Part shown: positions 61,242-64,000 of the stretch, piece by piece
How positions within the stretch are numbered: the stretch's first letter is position 1
How the letters are laid out: the number at the start of each line of letters is the position of its first letter
IMG/VR virus record: IMGVR_UViG_3300028025_003852
Location: 1 to 64,000 of that record
DNA from: a virus
Reading direction: 5' to 3' (one strand)
DNA: 64,000 nt
Notes under the pieces: model-generated
The model's input: only the letters and a program-made list of their open reading frames with translations
The model's database searches: none
What the model was told of the DNA's origin: nothing
Translations under genes and position numbers: made by a program

Positions 61242-62462
61242 CTAGTTATCTTCAAAGTCTTTGTACTTATATGTACCCTTGTCAAAATCAGCCTGCACCA
61301 TGAATTCACCCATAAAACCATTACGATTCTTACGAAAAACACACTCTATAATGTCGGAGTTTGTACCACGACCAAGAGCCATAACCCAGTCAGCATCGTA
61401 TGCAATCTGTCGTGACCAAGCGGTCTGACCAAGTGTTGGAACAGTGTCTAGCTTAGTTACATCATCTGGTGTTGCTGATGAGATAGCAATAATGGGAACC
61501 TCTTCTGAAATAGCCATAAGCTTTAGTTCACGAGAAAGGTTTTTCATTCGAACAGTTTCGTTGTCTGACTTTTGGTTTGGCGACATAAGCTGCAAATAGT
61601 CTACAATAACAAAGTCTGGTTTGTACTGATCTATCTTACCACGCAATACTGAGGGCGTAATCTCTCCACCAGAATCATTTGAAATAATGTGAAACTCTGG
61701 CTTTCCTGCAAGATTTTTCGTGTGCCAAGATTTTAGCATATCAAGCTCTACCTGACCAGCAGAAAGCTTTCTGTGTGACCAAAGGCCTTCCCCCATAATT
61801 GTAAAGACACGATTACGAACCTCTGTCTCACTCATCTCAAGGCTAACAACCATTGGAGACTTGCCCTGCTTCCATGCCTGTACCGCAAAATAAAGCGATA
61901 GCCATGACTTTCCAATACCTGGATAAGCAAGGAATACTCCAAGCTGTCCTGGCGTAATTCCAGCAGGAAGGTAGTTGTCGAAACCCGGAAGACCAGTCTT
62001 GATTCCTGTGAACCCTAGAGCAGCCTGCTCTTGAACATTTGTATAGTATGCAATCGCATCATCAATATCTGTAACATCAATATCACGGATTGCAGAAGTG
62101 TTCTTCTTTAGTTCTGATGTCATTGTAATCAATGACTCAAGTACCTCTACACCCTTACCACCTTGAATATCTGTAGCTGCTGTGCGAACAATGTCCTTTA
62201 GACTATCATTAAGGTACTCTGCCTGTAGTTCTTCTAGGTGGTGCTTTGTTGCCCCTACCCCAGAAACTGGCTCAAAGTCACGGAACTTCTCAACAACTAG
62301 TGCTGTTGGTGGAACCGTGCCATTATGATCAAAGTAGTTACGAACAAACTGCCAGATATCATTATGAGTACGTAGCATGTTGTCTACGTTTGCCTGAAGC
62401 AAAACGTGGACCTGCTTATCCTCTAACACAGCAGAGATAAGCTTTGCCTCTGAATTACTCAT
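61242..62462 (-). CDS. dnaB: DnaB-like replicative helicase
   Basis: AYPGIGKS, SLEMS, IVDYLQL, YDAD, KNRNG. Confidence 0.93.
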   Translation of the reverse strand: MSNSEAKLISAVLEDKQVHVLLQANVDNMLRTHNDIWQFVRNYFDHNGTVPPTALVVEKFRDFEPVSGVGATKHHLEELQAEYLNDSLKDIVRTAATDIQGGKGVEVLESLITMTSELKKNTSAIRDIDVTDIDDAIAYYTNVQEQAALGFTGIKTGLPGFDNYLPAGITPGQLGVFLAYPGIGKSWLSLYFAVQAWKQGKSPMVVSLEMSETEVRNRVFTIMGEGLWSHRKLSAGQVELDMLKSWHTKNLAGKPEFHIISNDSGGEITPSVLRGKIDQYKPDFVIVDYLQLMSPNQKSDNETVRMKNLSRELKLMAISEEVPIIAISSATPDDVTKLDTVPTLGQTAWSRQIAYDADWVMALGRGTNSDIIECVFRKNRNGFMGEFMVQADFDKGTYKYKDFEDN

Positions 62463-62763
62463 TTAACCATTCCTTTGCTCTAGCCCTACGCTCTTGTCGT
62501 TCTTTCTCGTCTACCTTTTGTTGCCGAACAGCAGAAATAATACTGTCAGCATAGTTTGCAAAATACTTCCAACTTGGCGATGGAGCAACATCAAAGTAAT
62601 ACTCCAACAGGTCGTAGCATTGTGGCAAGCCGTATGATTCAATTAATGCATCTGCTGCCCATTGCTCAACATTCAAATTCAACAATGGCTTTTTCTCATG
62701 CTTTATAACATAAAGCTTGGAATACCTACTGAGCAAAGCCATACGATCTTTGCGTTCAGCCAT
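62455..62763 (-). CDS. Hypothetical protein upstream of helicase
   Basis: Coupled ORF. Confidence 0.7.
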   Translation of the reverse strand: MAERKDRMALLSRYSKLYVIKHEKKPLLNLNVEQWAADALIESYGLPQCYDLLEYYFDVAPSPSWKYFANYADSIISAVRQQKVDEKERQERRARAKEWLNE

Positions 62764-62969
62764 TACTCTTTAATTTCAGACTTAGCTTCGTTAATCTTTT
62801 CAACAAGCTTTGATTCAACGAATGCGTACACTCGCTCAAATGCTTCTGTGATGTTCTCTCCATCACGACGTGAGTCAACTACACCAAGATCGATTCGTAG
62901 TGACTGGAAGTTGCCAAGGTTAAGTGTGTAACCCAATGTAACATTTACCTTTGTTTCTTCGTTATTCAT
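62763..62969 (-). CDS. Conserved small phage protein
   Basis: LGYTLNLGNFQSLRID motif. Confidence 0.8.
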   Translation of the reverse strand: MNNEETKVNVTLGYTLNLGNFQSLRIDLGVVDSRRDGENITEAFERVYAFVESKLVEKINEAKSEIKE

Positions 62970-62991
62970 CTCTCATACCCCTTTCGAAGGC

Positions 62992-63528
62992 TTAAATACT
63001 TTCTGACCAAACAGGAATAAACCTGCCGTCTTCTGTTCTCGTATATGTCAGTATACCACTGCCTAAACGGCGTGTCAACTCTTGTCTAGTAGGAGTTATA
63101 TCGTTTGTGATAAGCTTATCCTTTCTTGGTCTTCCCATGTGATAGGTAGAAAGTATATCACGAATTTCGTAAACCTGCGATTCTGAATAGTAGCACCTTA
63201 TCTGCCACCCTCTTTCTCCGCCCTTGGATGCCCCCCTAGGCTCTGGAATGATCCCACGCTTCATGAGACTAGGCATATATTTTCTATGACGATTTACTAA
63301 GATAGCTACTTCTCCAACAGTATACGCTCGTTCTCTATTCTTCTTAAAGTCTCCTACTAGACAACTTTCAAGTTGATCCTTGTTCATATTGTAGACAGAC
63401 ATAATGCCGTTAGATTTTCCTAAATGATGTACCCTGACCAAATCGCCATTAAGAAACCATACCTTTTTGCTACCAGGTATTACTGGTGCAGAGTTATAGG
63501 CCTGTCTGTCAAATCCTGGGGATGGCAT
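62992..63528 (-). CDS. MerR-like HTH DNA-binding protein
   Basis: YTVGEVAILVNR...GIIPEP...R.YSE. Confidence 0.7.
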   Translation of the reverse strand: MPSPGFDRQAYNSAPVIPGSKKVWFLNGDLVRVHHLGKSNGIMSVYNMNKDQLESCLVGDFKKNRERAYTVGEVAILVNRHRKYMPSLMKRGIIPEPRGASKGGERGWQIRCYYSESQVYEIRDILSTYHMGRPRKDKLITNDITPTRQELTRRLGSGILTYTRTEDGRFIPVWSESI

Positions 63529-63538
63529 TTGTGCCAGC

Positions 63539-63982
63539 CTATACTGGAATGCCGATTGCAATAACGTTTACGCCGACGGTAAACTCACCACTAGTCTCAA
63601 ACTTAACTGCACCTCTAACACTACTTGTTGTAACACTTGTTAGAATTACCGTTGCGTTTTTAGCTGCATTGCTAGCTGTGGCACGAAGAGAAATTGGGGT
63701 TGCCGTAACAACTGGGGGATACTTAAATGCAATATCAAAACGATATTCAAAATCTACATATTGATCAGCATTTGTTGTCTTTTCTGTATTGATCTTTACT
63801 TGACCACTAACAAATTTAACCTCGCTAGACCTTACCTGCTTGCGTCCAGACAAAGTCCAAAGACTAGCATATGCAGAAATCTTAATAGCAACCTTGTCAT
63901 ATAGATCATTGACTGATCTAACAATGTCAGATATAAAAGTTACATCTAGGGGCTGTCCTCTTTGTGGAATTGGCAGTTTCAT
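63539..63982 (-). CDS. Putative minor structural protein (H-type lectin-like)
   Basis: F...FKYPPVVTAT...VNVIAIG. Confidence 0.6.
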   Translation of the reverse strand: MKLPIPQRGQPLDVTFISDIVRSVNDLYDKVAIKISAYASLWTLSGRKQVRSSEVKFVSGQVKINTEKTTNADQYVDFEYRFDIAFKYPPVVTATPISLRATASNAAKNATVILTSVTTSSVRGAVKFETSGEFTVGVNVIAIGIPV

Positions 63983-64000
63983 GTTTTTCTCCTTATAGTA

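Overview
A 64 kb piece of a large, AT-rich tailed dsDNA actinobacteriophage. WhiB, class Ib nrdHIEF, DnaE, RecA, terminase and an M23 endolysin point to an actinobacterial host; a freshwater Microbacteriaceae-like host is my inference. Layout: (1) 1-13.8 kb, minus strand: lysis, tail and receptor genes; (2) 14-26.5 kb, plus strand: early/host-takeover region of about 45 small ORFs, two tRNAs, DUF932, GP88-like and nrdH, arranged as repeated promoter cassettes; (3) 26.5-27 kb: non-coding strand switch with a DnaA-box cluster; (4) 27-45 kb: accessory and metabolic genes (RimK, ThyX, glycosyltransferases, WhiB, solo PaaA, three tRNAs including Ile-UAU); (5) 45-64 kb, minus strand: RNR, terminase, recombination and replication. 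The most striking signals are non-coding: 17 early promoters with the exact geometry of the host PafBC/RecA-NDp DNA-damage promoter; early genes purged of GATC while GATC/CCGG/GGCC pile up in 13 intergenic spacers; a promoter-driven hairpin sRNA whose loop is a perfect 12-nt complement to a replication-operon translation start 50 kb away; four covarying H-type pseudoknots; and DnaA-, MtrA/GlnR- and WhiA-like boxes. All motif counts were made by eye and no database searches were run, so family names come from recognised motifs.
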